Shown here: positions 1 through 10,369 of the stretch, piece by piece | Layout: each line of letters starts with the position of its first letter | How positions within the stretch are numbered: the stretch's first letter is position 1 | From: an uncultured Planctomycetaceae bacterium | Lineage (GTDB): Bacteria > Planctomycetota > Planctomycetia > Pirellulales > PALSA-1355 | Assembly (NCBI GenBank): GCA_963785305.1 | Contig: CAWAUV010000008.1 | Location: 256,001 to 320,000 of the forward strand | Length of the DNA: 64,000 bases | Direction of reading: 5' to 3' | Made by a program: the position numbers and the translations under genes | Notes under the pieces: model-generated | Database searches by the model: none | What the model was told of the DNA's origin: nothing | What the model saw: the letters and a program-made list of their open reading frames with translations, nothing else

Positions 1-358
1 TCCGGAAACCTGGACCACTCCGGTATGGCACCCGGATTGGGGTGATCCCAGGGCCGAGCTCGAGCACCTTCGGGATTTTTCAAAATCCCTCTTGAAGCGT
101 TTGCCGAGCGCTTGCGTGGAACTGAAAATTATCGAGCCCGGCTATATGTATGTGCTTGTGCGGCTCGCATGCGCGACCGAGGCAGGCGTCTACTCTAATA
201 AGCGGCTGAGTTCGCCGGGCGGACGTCTGCTCGACATATTCGTTGCTCCTGGAGAGCCCGACGGCGATGAATTGGACGCTCAGCCCACGAGTGCCGCGGT
301 AGATTATTTCGTCGCGCTTCAGACCAAGAAAAGTAACGATCGCGGGCGCAATTCGTAA
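1..358 (+). CDS. 3' part of hypothetical protein (starts before window)
   Basis: Frame +2 is open from base 2 to TAA at 356-358; no recognisable motif. Confidence 0.3.
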   Translation, partial: PETWTTPVWHPDWGDPRAELEHLRDFSKSLLKRLPSACVELKIIEPGYMYVLVRLACATEAGVYSNKRLSSPGGRLLDIFVAPGEPDGDELDAQPTSAAVDYFVALQTKKSNDRGRNS

Positions 359-894
359 TTAAGCGTGCCCACGTTTCCAAAACTCCAAATGCACATTTCC
401 ACAAACGCACCATTTTCAGATCGAGCAATCGCTGGCCGTCATTCGCGGCTCGGCTCGGTTTGGCACAGCGGCCAATCCGGTGGCGGCCTGAACTCGGCAA
501 ACTTGGCGAGTACCCGAAACAAATCGCGAAAGCGATTGCTCTCGCGCGAAACAACATCAAAGCGGGCAAGGCGATTGCGATTAACCCGGTGATGGAAGAG
601 CTCCGGCGCGTATTGAATCGCATCCCGTTGCAAAAAACGGCGCGTCGGCAGAGTGGGCGAAAGCCGGCGTCGCCGCGCATAAGACCATTTTCGTTCGGCG
701 CGCGAGCGGTTATCATTTACTGGCCCGGGGGGCTCTTTCGGTCCCACGGCGATGGATCCTCGCGCGAGCTGGCACTCCGACGACACTTGCGGATTGCGAA
801 TTCCAAGCGAGGAAGAACGCCGCGAGCCGGCCTGAAAACACCCGAAACCTCTTTCGCTCCAGGAGCGGATTCACGACAAATCCGAGATTGTTTG

Positions 895-2015
895 ATGTCA
901 TCTTCATCGAGCTCCGCGCCCGTGCGGGTCGGCCTGATCGGCGCCGGCGCCGTGACGGAATATCACCATGTGCCCGCCTTGCGGCTCGATCGCCGCGCCG
1001 TGCTTGTGGCCGCTTGCGATTCCAATGTCGACCTGCTCACTCAGCGGCGCGGGCAGTGGCATATCGAGAAAATCACGAGCGATCCGTTCGCACTGTGCGA
1101 TGACCCCGAGATCGACGCCCTGGTGATCGCCACGCCCAACGGCGCGCATCGCGAAGTCGCCATCGCGGCGGCCGCGGCGGGCAAGCATGTGATGTGCGAA
1201 AAACCGCTCGGTCTGAGCGCCGCCGAAGCGCGGGCGATGTACCATGCGGCGCGCGACGCCGGCGTGGTGCATATGACCGCGTTCACCTATCGCTTTGCTC
1301 CGGCAATGCGATATATCAAACACCTCGTCGAGTCGGGCTCGCTCGGCCAGCCTCGGCATTTTCGCAGCCAGCGGTTTCTCGATTGGCCCGAGATAAGTTG
1401 GGGCTGGCGGCAATATCGCGAGAAGGCCGGCGCCGGCGATCTGTTCGACATGACGATCCACCGCATCGACTTCGCCCAAGATTTGCTGGGTCCCATTGCT
1501 CGGGTCACCGGCGCGGTGGCGCGTTTCGCGAGTCGCGCCACACCGCGACGGGCGAGCCCTGTCCGCCTTCGGATGTCGACGATTGGTCGAGCCTGATCGG
1601 CGAATTTGCCTCGGGGGCCACCGGGGTTTGGGAAGGCACGACCCTGGCCAAGGGCTATCATCGCGATGGCTTCGGCCACGAATGGGCCGAGATCAACGGC
1701 GCCGAGGGCTCGGTCGTGTACCGCTTGCATGAGCCCAACGTGGTGCTGCTGGGGCGCACCGGCAGCGATCTCGCGGCGGTCGACGTGCCGGAGGAATTCC
1801 TGAAATTGTCCGGTAGCCCGCGAGATCCGCGCGAAGGCAAGCCGGCCACGGTGTTTCGCTATGACCTGATGTGGGAATTCATTTCGGCGATCGTCGAGCG
1901 ACGGCAGGCCCGGCCCAGTTTCTACGACGGACTCACTTCGCAGGTCGTGGCCGACGCGGTGCTCGCTTCGTATGCCGAGCGTCGCTGGGTCGAAATTCCG
2001 CTCGAGCCGCGGTAG
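895..2015 (+). CDS. Gfo/Idh/MocA family NAD(P)-dependent oxidoreductase (frameshift ~1545)
   Basis: VGLIGAG Rossmann motif, HVMCEKPL, GDLFDMTIHRID; C-terminus continues in ORF 1194..2015 (PSFYDGL...). Confidence 0.9.
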
Positions 2016-2120
2016 TCGGCCGGTATTCAAGCCTCGCGGCGGTGAGACGCTACCGGGTCGCAATGTTTCGGGGCGAGTGTCTCCCGGCCTTTCAATTTGT
2101 CGTGAAGGAATGGTTTGCGA

Positions 2121-3936
2121 ATGTCTAAAGTGATCTCGAAAATCAAGCAAGCGCCGGCGCGGGCCAAGGTGAAGCCGGTCGATGCTTGGGATCTCGCCCC
2201 GCTTTTCGCCAGCGACGAGCTTTGGGAAACCGCGTTTGAAAAATGGGAAGCGAGCATCGCGGGCTACGAGCGTTTTCGCGGCGTCCTGGGCGACGACGCC
2301 AAGACCCTCGCCGCTTGTCTCGAGTTCGACAATGAATTCGATCGCGCGGGCGAGCGGCTCAGCACCTATGCGTTTTTGAAAACCGCCGAGGACCAAGCCA
2401 ATAGCTTCTACCAGCGAATGATCGGTCGGTTCCGCAACGTGGCCAGCCGGGCCGGACAGGCGGCGAGTTATATTCGCCCGGAAATCACGGCGATCAAAAG
2501 CGCGACGATGGAAGCGTTTCTCCGCGAGCCCTGCCTGGCCCAGCACCGGCTATCGCTCGCGCAGGATCTTGCGCTACAAACCGCATACGCTCGGCAAGCG
2601 CGAGGAAAAGCTGCTGGCAATGCAAAGCGAAATGGCGGCCGCCACCGACCAGATTTTTCGCCAGTTGACCGATGCCGATCTCAAGTGGGGCGTCGTGAAA
2701 AATGAACGGGGCGAACGGCTCGAACTGAGTCATGCCACCTTCGCCACGCTGCTCCAATCGCCGAAGCGCAATGTGCGGAAGACGGCATTTCACAAATACT
2801 ACGCGCAATTCGCCGCCCACCAAAACACGCTCGCCGCCACGCTGGCCGGCTCGGTCCAGCGCGATGTGTTCCATGCCAAAGCGCGTCATTATCCGAGCGC
2901 GCTCGAGGCATCGCTATTTCACGACAACGTGCCGGTATCGGTGTACGACAATCTCATTGGGTCGATCCATCGCCATTTGCCTGACTTGCATCGCTACTAC
3001 GAACTGCGCCGCCGCGAGATGCAGCTTTCGACGATCCATCAATACGATACCTATGTGCCGATCCTCACCGAGTTGCAAACCCGGCACACGTGGGCCCAGG
3101 CGGTCAAGCTGGTGCTCGCGGCGCTCGAGCCGCTCGGCTCCGAATACTGCGGAGTGCTTGAAGAAGGGCTCAATGGCCGCTGGTGCGATCGGTATCCGAA
3201 CCAGGGCAAGCAGAGCGGCGCGTTTAGCTGCGGCTCCTACGATGGCTTGCCCTATATCCTGATGAACTATCAACCCGACGTGCTCGACCATGTGTTCACG
3301 CTCGCCCACGAGGCGGGCCACTCGATGCACTCGCACTATTCGGCCAAACATCAACCCTATCAATACTACAATTACACGATCTTCGTGGCCGAAGTGGCCA
3401 GCACGTTCAACGAGCAACTCCTGGCGCGACACATGATGCGCAAGGCGAAGAGCGACAAGCAGCGGGCCTTCTTGATCAATCGCCAGATCGACGCGATTCG
3501 CGGCACGATTATTCGCCAGACCATGTTCGCCGAGTTCGAGCGCGTTATCCATGCCCTGGTCGAGGCCGGCGAAGTGCTTACCGTCGATCGAATCAAGAAG
3601 GAATATCGCAACTTGCTCGATCTCTACTTCGGTCCCGGTTTCGCGATCGATGAGGAACTGTCGCTCGAGGGGCTGCGAATTCCACATTTCTATCGCGCTT
3701 TTTATGTCTATAAATACGCCACAGGCCTCTCGGCGGCGATCGCCCTGAGCGAGCGAGTGACCGGCGGCGGCCCGGAGGAACTGGGCGATTATTTGCACTT
3801 TCTTAGGGGCGGCTGCTCGAAATTTCCGCTCGATTTGCTTCGCGACGCCGGCGTCGACATGGAGCAGCCGGGTCCGGTCGACACGGCGATGGAAGTTTTC
3901 GCGCGGTTGGTCAACGAGCTCGATGAGTTGTCGTAA
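2121..3936 (+). CDS. pepF: Oligoendopeptidase F (M3B), frameshift ~2560
   Basis: WDLAPLF N-terminus, GKQSGAFS, HEAGHSMH zinc motif, AEVAS, RIPHFYRAFYVYKYATG. Confidence 0.95.
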
Positions 3937-3953
3937 ACGCCCTGGATAACCCG

Positions 3954-4895
3954 ATGTCCGCCGATCCGCCCGTCGACGCTTCCGCCGATGCGCCGCTGCA
4001 TGTCTCGGTGATGCCCGAGGAGATTTTGCATTGGCTCGCGCCGGCGGCCGGTGGCCGATTTGCCGATGGCACTCTCGGCGCCGGCGGCCACTCGCGGGCC
4101 ATTGCCGAGCGCGTGGGCCCGCGGGGCGTGGTGCTGGCCACGGATCGCGATCCGGCGGCGGTGGCCGTGGCCGGGCGAAGGTTGGCCGATTTGCCGATTC
4201 GAGCCGTCGTGGCCGACTTCGCCGATCTCGCCGACGTGCTTCGCGAGCAGGGGATCGGCTTGCTCGATGGCATCGTGCTCGACTTGGGCCTGAGCAGCGA
4301 TCAGCTTGCCGACGCCTCGCGCGGCTTCAGTTTCAACGCGACCGGCGAGCTCGACCTGCGCTTCGACCCATCGCTTGGCGAGCCCGCTTGGCGACTCGTC
4401 CAGCGGCTGAGCGAGGTCGACTTGGCCAACACGATTTATCGCTATGGCGAAGAGCGCTTCAGTCGACGGATTGCCCGGCGCATCGTGGCCGCGCGCTCCG
4501 CGGGTCCGCTGCGTTCGGCGGCCGACTTTGCCAGCCTTGTGCGCGGGGCCGTGCCGCGGGGCCCCGATGCGCGGCGGCTTGATCCCGCGACTCGCACTTT
4601 TCAGGCCCTTCGCATCGCGGTGAACGACGAGCTCGGCTCGCTCGAACGGGCTCTCGCGCGCTTGCCCGATGTGCTCCGACCCGGCGGACGACTGGCGATT
4701 ATCAGCTTCCATTCCTTGGAAGATCGACTTGTGAAGTGGGCGTTCCGGCAAGATATGCGACTTAAGCCGTTGACCAAGCGGCCGCTGGAAGCGACGCCCA
4801 ATGAATTGGCGCGAAACCCACGAGCTCGCAGCGCCAAACTCCGCGTGGCGGAACGAATGGCGAGCGGCGAAATAGCCCGCGTCTCGGGGACGTGA
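3954..4895 (+). CDS. rsmH: 16S rRNA m4C1402 methyltransferase
   Basis: HVSVM, DGTLGAGGHS, DLGLSSDQL, RGFSF, FQALRIAVNDEL, ISFHSLEDR, NPRARSAKLR. Confidence 0.97.
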   Translation: MSADPPVDASADAPLHVSVMPEEILHWLAPAAGGRFADGTLGAGGHSRAIAERVGPRGVVLATDRDPAAVAVAGRRLADLPIRAVVADFADLADVLREQGIGLLDGIVLDLGLSSDQLADASRGFSFNATGELDLRFDPSLGEPAWRLVQRLSEVDLANTIYRYGEERFSRRIARRIVAARSAGPLRSAADFASLVRGAVPRGPDARRLDPATRTFQALRIAVNDELGSLERALARLPDVLRPGGRLAIISFHSLEDRLVKWAFRQDMRLKPLTKRPLEATPNELARNPRARSAKLRVAERMASGEIARVSGT

Positions 4896-5021
4896 TTTCG
4901 GCGGCTTTCTCGAATTGCTTGAGCGCGCCTTCAAGGCGTCGGCGCTGCCATCGGCCAATCTGTAGGGCAGTTTCCACGTCTTCGGATCGGCCGGATTTCG
5001 CGGATAGGCGCAAGCTCGCGA

Positions 5022-5975
5022 TCAAACATCCCACATCAAATACCGAGCCACCACGCTGAGCTTCCTTCCCGCCGACAACCGCACTGGGCGGGTCCACACA
5101 TCGCCCTGGCGTTGTTTGATCTCGTCGAGCAGACAGCGGTAGGTGGCCACCATGGCCCGGAAAATTCTCCGGCCCGAGGGCGGCAGGTAATCGCCGAGGC
5201 GCTCGGCGTCGGCATACCAGCCTTCGGCCCGCGCGATTTCCGCGGTCATTAGGGCCCGCACCCGCGGATCGGCGATGCCGGCGGCGAGGTCCGCGGGCGC
5301 GAGTTCGAATCGGGCCAAGGCATCGAGCGGAAGATAAAGCCGGCCGCGGGCCGCGTCTTCCTTGATATCTCGCAAGATGTTCGTCCACTGGAAGGCTAGC
5401 CCGCATCGCCGCGCGGGTCGAGCGCCGCCGCGTCGCGGAATCCCCAAATATGGATACACGCCAAGCCCACGGTCGACGCCACATGGTAACAATAGTCCTC
5501 GGCCTCGACCTGCGTGGCATACGACGAACGCCAAAGGTCCATTTCCACGCCGGTCAACGCGTCGTCGAGCAGGGCGCGAGGAATGCCGAAGCGCCGTGTA
5601 CTGTCGGCCAGCGCTGGCAGGAGCATCTCGCTCGCATCCGCGGGCGAAGCGGCGACATGGCCGCGGAGCGATTCGTTCAGCGCTCGGCGCCACGCGACGA
5701 GGCCCGCCCGACGGACTTCGAGCGGCTCATCGCCGTCGCCCAGGTCGTCGGTGTGGCGGAGAAACGCATAAAGCGCGGCACATCGCTTCGCGCTGCGCGC
5801 GCGGGAGCAGGAAGAACGAATAGTAAAAGCTCGAGGCCGAACGTCGCGCCACCCGGCGACAGGCCGCATAACTCGCCGCGAGCAGCGCCGGGCTAGCGAG
5901 GCGAACTTGATCGCTCGCGCCGGCGATTGCACTGGGCGCCATCGGTTGCGCGGATTGGGCGCCTCGAGGCATCAT
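5022..5975 (-). CDS. hpnD: Presqualene diphosphate synthase HpnD (squalene/phytoene synthase family), two frameshifts (~5780, ~5415)
   Basis: SSFYYSFFLLP, ALYAFLRHTDDLGD, YCYHVASTVG, GLAFQWTNILRDIKED..GRLYLP spread over three frames; directly follows hpnC. Confidence 0.85.
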
Positions 5976-7006
5976 GCGTCGGCTTCCCGTTGACTGGAGG
6001 ACGTGCGTTCCGTGGCCCGGCGGTCGCCCGTGGTATCGCGAGCGCCGCGGCTACCAAGCGTGGCTCGAGCGCCGCCGCTCGAAACTGCGGCTGGAGCGCC
6101 GCGGCTTTCGCGCCAGGCCTGAAACACCAGCCGCATTTTCTTGAATTTGCCCACGCGCGGCCGCCCGGCCCATACGTTGTAATCCACGGCCCGAACCGCC
6201 GCCACCGCGCTCAATCCGCCGAGAATAAAGAGCGCGATATCGAACCGCAACTCTCGGGGCACATGGCCGACGAGCGGCCAGCCGCGCTGCAAAAAATTCT
6301 CTGCCCGATCGACTTCGCCTCGCAGCGCGCGGCGAAAGGCGGCGTTGTCTTCTCGGCGGGCAAACATCGCTTCCGTGTAGCCGGCGGCTTGCCACGACTC
6401 TCCCGGCAGGTAGACCCGCCCACGCTGCCAATCGCCCGCCACGTCTTGGCAAAAATTCGCCCACTGGAGCCCGGTGCAAATCGAATCGCTTAGCTCACCG
6501 GTTTCCGGCGCGTGGCTTCGGGCCAGGCACAGCACTAGCCGTCCCACGGGATTGGCCGAATAGCGACAGTAGTCCATCAGCTCGTCGACCGTGGCATGGC
6601 GAAATGTTTGCTGATCGCGGCGAAAAGCGATCAGCAAGTCGGCGAACAAATGACGCGGAATGTCGAACTCGGCGATCGTGCCGGCAAGCGCGATGAACAC
6701 CGGATGCTCGGGCCGGCCGGCATAGCAGGCGTCGAGCTCTTGCTCCCAGCCATCGAGCAGGTCGAGGCTTCGCGCGGGGTCATTGGTTTCATCGGCCAAG
6801 TCGTCGGCCCAGCGGCAGTAAGCGTAGACGTGGTAAAAATGCGGCCGCAGCGCCGGCGGAAGCAGCCAACTGGCGACGGTGAAGTTCTCGTAATGGGCCT
6901 CGGCCAGCCGCCGGCAATAGTCGCTCGCCAACGACGTGGAGCAGCCGCGCTCGGGCAGCGCGAGTCCGGCGGGCAGCGGCGAGCAAGGAGTTTGCGAGTG
7001 CGCCAT
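5972..7006 (-). CDS. hpnC: Squalene synthase HpnC
   Basis: HYENFTVASWLLP, YAYCRWADDLADE, YCRYSANPVGRLVL, ICTGLQWANFCQDV. Confidence 0.92.
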   Translation of the reverse strand: MAHSQTPCSPLPAGLALPERGCSTSLASDYCRRLAEAHYENFTVASWLLPPALRPHFYHVYAYCRWADDLADETNDPARSLDLLDGWEQELDACYAGRPEHPVFIALAGTIAEFDIPRHLFADLLIAFRRDQQTFRHATVDELMDYCRYSANPVGRLVLCLARSHAPETGELSDSICTGLQWANFCQDVAGDWQRGRVYLPGESWQAAGYTEAMFARREDNAAFRRALRGEVDRAENFLQRGWPLVGHVPRELRFDIALFILGGLSAVAAVRAVDYNVWAGRPRVGKFKKMRLVFQAWRESRGAPAAVSSGGARATLGSRGARDTTGDRRATERTSSSQREADA

Positions 7007-7180
7007 GCGATGATTCGCCGGTCGAGTGGGTTGGCCACGAAGGGAACAATAAATTATGATGCATTCGCGACGCCAGCCCAACCCTGGCGTCGCGGTCCAT
7101 CGAGAGATTCGAGAATCCGCCGCGCGCGTCGGCGGCGGTTTGCGTTCCGGTCCGTCATTGCTTGCGAGAGGTTATCGGCC

Positions 7181-8116
7181 GTGAGAATTATTTTGGCAAG
7201 TCCCCGCGGCTTTTGCGCGGGCGTCAACATGGCGATCGACACGCTCGAACTCGCGATCAGACTTTTTGGCGCCCCGGTCTACGTGTATCACGAAATCGTA
7301 CACAACAAATACGTGGTCGATCGGTTTCGCTCGCTCGGAGCGGTGTTCGTCGACCATTTAGACGAAGTGCCGCACGGCGCCCATCTGCTCTACTCGGCGC
7401 ACGGCGTGTCGCCCGAGATTCGCCGGGTGTCGACGGAGCGAAATCTCAAAACGATCGACGCCACCTGTCCGTTGGTCACGAAGGTGCATCTCGAAGCGGT
7501 GCGCTACGCCAAGCAAGGCTACACGATCGTGCTCATCGGCCACGAAGGCCACGACGAGGTGATTGGCACGATTGGCGAAGCGCCCGAGGCGATCCTTTTG
7601 GTGGAGTCGGTCGAGGATGTCGAGCGGCTGGAACTCGCGACCTCGAAACTTGCCTATCTCACGCAGACCACGCTCAGCGTCGACGACGCGAATCGCATTA
7701 TCAAGCGATTGAAAGAGCGATTTCCGCATATCGTCGGCCCGCCGAAAGAAGACATTTGCTACGCGACACAGAACCGCCAAGAGGCGGTGCGCATGCTCTC
7801 GCGCGACGCCAATGTGGTGCTCGTGCTCGGCAGCCAAAACAGCTCGAACAGCCAACGGCTCGCCGAATTGGCCCGGGAAACAGGGGTCAAAGCGTATCTG
7901 ATCGATGGGGCGAACGATATTCGCCTCGAGTGGTTCGCGCCGCAAGACACGGTGCTGGTCACGGCCGGAGCGAGCGCCCCGGAGCAGGTGGTCGATGAGT
8001 GCGTGGGGTTTCTCAAGGAGCGGTTCGGCGCCACGGTGGAATTGAAGTCGATCCGCGAAGAAGACGTGTACTTTCCGCTACCGAAAGAAATTCGGCGCTT
8101 GGCGGCCAATGCGTAA
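7181..8116 (+). CDS. ispH: 4-hydroxy-3-methylbut-2-enyl diphosphate reductase
   Basis: GTG start; PRGFCAGV, HEIVHN, SAHGV, DATCPLVTKVH, QTTLS, DICYATQNRQ, SSNS, TAGASAP. Confidence 0.97.
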   Translation: MRIILASPRGFCAGVNMAIDTLELAIRLFGAPVYVYHEIVHNKYVVDRFRSLGAVFVDHLDEVPHGAHLLYSAHGVSPEIRRVSTERNLKTIDATCPLVTKVHLEAVRYAKQGYTIVLIGHEGHDEVIGTIGEAPEAILLVESVEDVERLELATSKLAYLTQTTLSVDDANRIIKRLKERFPHIVGPPKEDICYATQNRQEAVRMLSRDANVVLVLGSQNSSNSQRLAELARETGVKAYLIDGANDIRLEWFAPQDTVLVTAGASAPEQVVDECVGFLKERFGATVELKSIREEDVYFPLPKEIRRLAANA

Positions 8117-8289
8117 GGGCGCCTAGCGCAAAAGCGGGCCGCGGACGCACGGAGAGCGGACACTGCTAGAATGGATACTGCCAGACTGGGCGCCGCCAGC
8201 GCATCGGCAAACCGGCGTGGCGAATATCCCGCGCATAGCCACGCGATCTTCCAATCCGCGGGGCAAAAGCCCAATCAGGCCGACGCGAT

Positions 8290-8508
8290 TCAGCGCACGT
8301 CGATCGAATTGACCACTTCGCAAACACCGGCCACGGCGCGAACCACTTCTTGGGCCAACTGCTTGTGATAGAAGCTCGACACGCGCCCCGAGATGAGCAA
8401 CGACTGCCCCACCTGTTGAACGCGGAGCTCCCTGAGGGCAAAGACCGGGCTTGCTTGCAAGGCTTCTTGCGCTCGCGGCTCGGTGACTTCGACAGAAGAA
8501 TTAATCAT
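8290..8508 (-). CDS. Small BON-domain protein
   Basis: LLISGRVSSFYHKQLAQE...VVNSIDV fits the BON pattern. Confidence 0.75.
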   Translation of the reverse strand: MINSSVEVTEPRAQEALQASPVFALRELRVQQVGQSLLISGRVSSFYHKQLAQEVVRAVAGVCEVVNSIDVR

Positions 8509-8951
8509 CTTGGAAATCCTTCCTTGGTGTGCTGGCGCGGCAAAACGACGATTCCATCGGCCGGAAATTCCGTCGGCATGCCTCGCGGGGGCACGCCGCC
8601 TCGACCAAACTCAGAGGCGGCGGGTTCTCGATTCCTAGCGTCGCACATCGCCACGCGGCCAAAACCACGTTCTCGGCGTACCTGTCAATGTAGTGGTCTC
8701 GAAAACGGAAAGTCAATCCCGTGAAGGGTTAATTTTGCGAAAACTGCTCGCGAATTCGCCCCACGGTTCCGGATTTTCCGCGTTAAATGGGCGGGCTCGC
8801 CCAAGTGTCGCGAAGTGTCGCAATTCCCCCGAAACGATCTTTTCTCGACGGGGGGTTTTCCATAGAATCCTCCCCGCTTGCGGGTCCCCATCCAGAAACG
8901 CTACTCGCTGTTGGCGTTTTGCATCGACATCTTCCACGGCCATAACGACTT

Positions 8952-10150
8952 ATGATGGAATGCCTTGCTTCATTCTGGAAACCGGCCGCGCTGCTCCTTG
9001 CCGCGGGCTTACTGGTCTTCGCGCCGGGCGAGCCACCGCCCAATTGCGCGTGCCGGCGCGAGTGGCCCAGCAACCGCGCGCGGGCGACGCCGCCAGTCCG
9101 GAGCGAGCGCCGACGGCGGGCCCCGCCGCGACGCCGGCCGACGAAATGCAATGGCATGGCGCACCGCGGATTGCTCCAGTTCGGCAGCCCAAGCAACCCT
9201 TTGTCTTAACGCCGGAACAAGAACAGCAACTGAATGAAGCGCTGAAAAAATGGGAAGAAAACAGCGATAAGATCAAATCATTCAAATGCCGCTTCAAACG
9301 ATGGGATTACGATCCGAGCGGCTTCGGGGATCCGCGATCCGGTTACCTAAAAAGCGAGGCCGAAGGCGAACTGAAATACTGGGCGCCCGACCACGGAAAA
9401 TATCGCTTGCTCAAGGCCGAAGACCGGGTTCCGGGCGCCGAGAATCAACCCTTTGTCAAGAAGGAACGCGATGCGACGGAGCTCGAGCACTGGGTTTGCG
9501 ATGGCGAATCGATCTTTGAAGCCAAGGTCGCCACGAAAGAGCTGATTCAACACAAGCTGCCCAAGGAACTGCGAGGCAAAGGCATCACCGACGGCCCCCT
9601 GCCGTTTGTCTTCGGCGCCAAGGCCGATCAGATTCGGCGGCGATATTTTATTCGCCTCGTCACTCCGCCCGAGGAGAAGGGCAAGCATGTGTGGCTCGAG
9701 GCATGGCCGAAGTTTCAGTCCGACGCGGCCAACTATCAGCGGGTGACGATCTCGCTCTCGGAGCCCGACTACGCGCCCCATGCCTTGCAAGTGTTTCTCC
9801 CCGGTTCGCCGGCTCCGGGCACGGCGCTGGCGAATGGCCAGACGGCAAATGATAACCACTGCAATCGCACGGTGTATTTGTTCGAATCCCCGCTAATCAA
9901 CGACAAATTCGGCTTTGTGAAGTTCGATTGGCTCCCGCCCTGGGTACCGCCGACTTGGAAGAAAGTCGTTGAAGAAGCGCCCGGCGACGGTCCCGAAGCC
10001 ACCGCCGGCGCTCCGCCAACCTCCCCCGGCGCGGGGGCGGCGGGATCGCCAGCCAGCGGAAGCGCGACGCCGGCGCCCGGCGCAACTGGCGCTCGACCGC
10101 TCGCGGCGCCCTTGCCGCAAGCGGGCCGCCCTTTGCCGCCGCGCCGCTAA
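8952..10150 (+). CDS. Exported planctomycete TIGR03009-like (LolA-like) protein, probable frameshift ~9030
   Basis: Signal-peptide-like MMECLASFWKPAALLLAAGLLVFA in one frame joins LKKWEENSDKIKSFKCRFKRWDYD...EHWVCDG...GPLPFVFG in the next. Confidence 0.7.
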
Positions 10151-10275
10151 GGCGCCGGAATTCAATAACTTCCCGGGCGCGACTGGCGCCCGTGCATAGT
10201 GCCGATCCATTCCGGCATTTCTCGCGATTCTCGATCGCCGCGGCGCCCAAGAGCGCCGCTTCGCCGATCGCGAAT

Positions 10276-10303
10276 TTGACTCCCCGGCGCGAAGCGCTAT
10301 AAT
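10276..10303 (+). promoter_or_regulatory. Sigma70-like promoter for the nfeD operon
   Basis: TTGACT-N16-TATAAT upstream of 10370. Confidence 0.55.
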
Positions 10304-10369
10304 CATGGTTGCTTTTGCTCTAAGTGCAGGATCACGATAGCGTTATCGCGTCTTTTCGGTGCTGTCTTC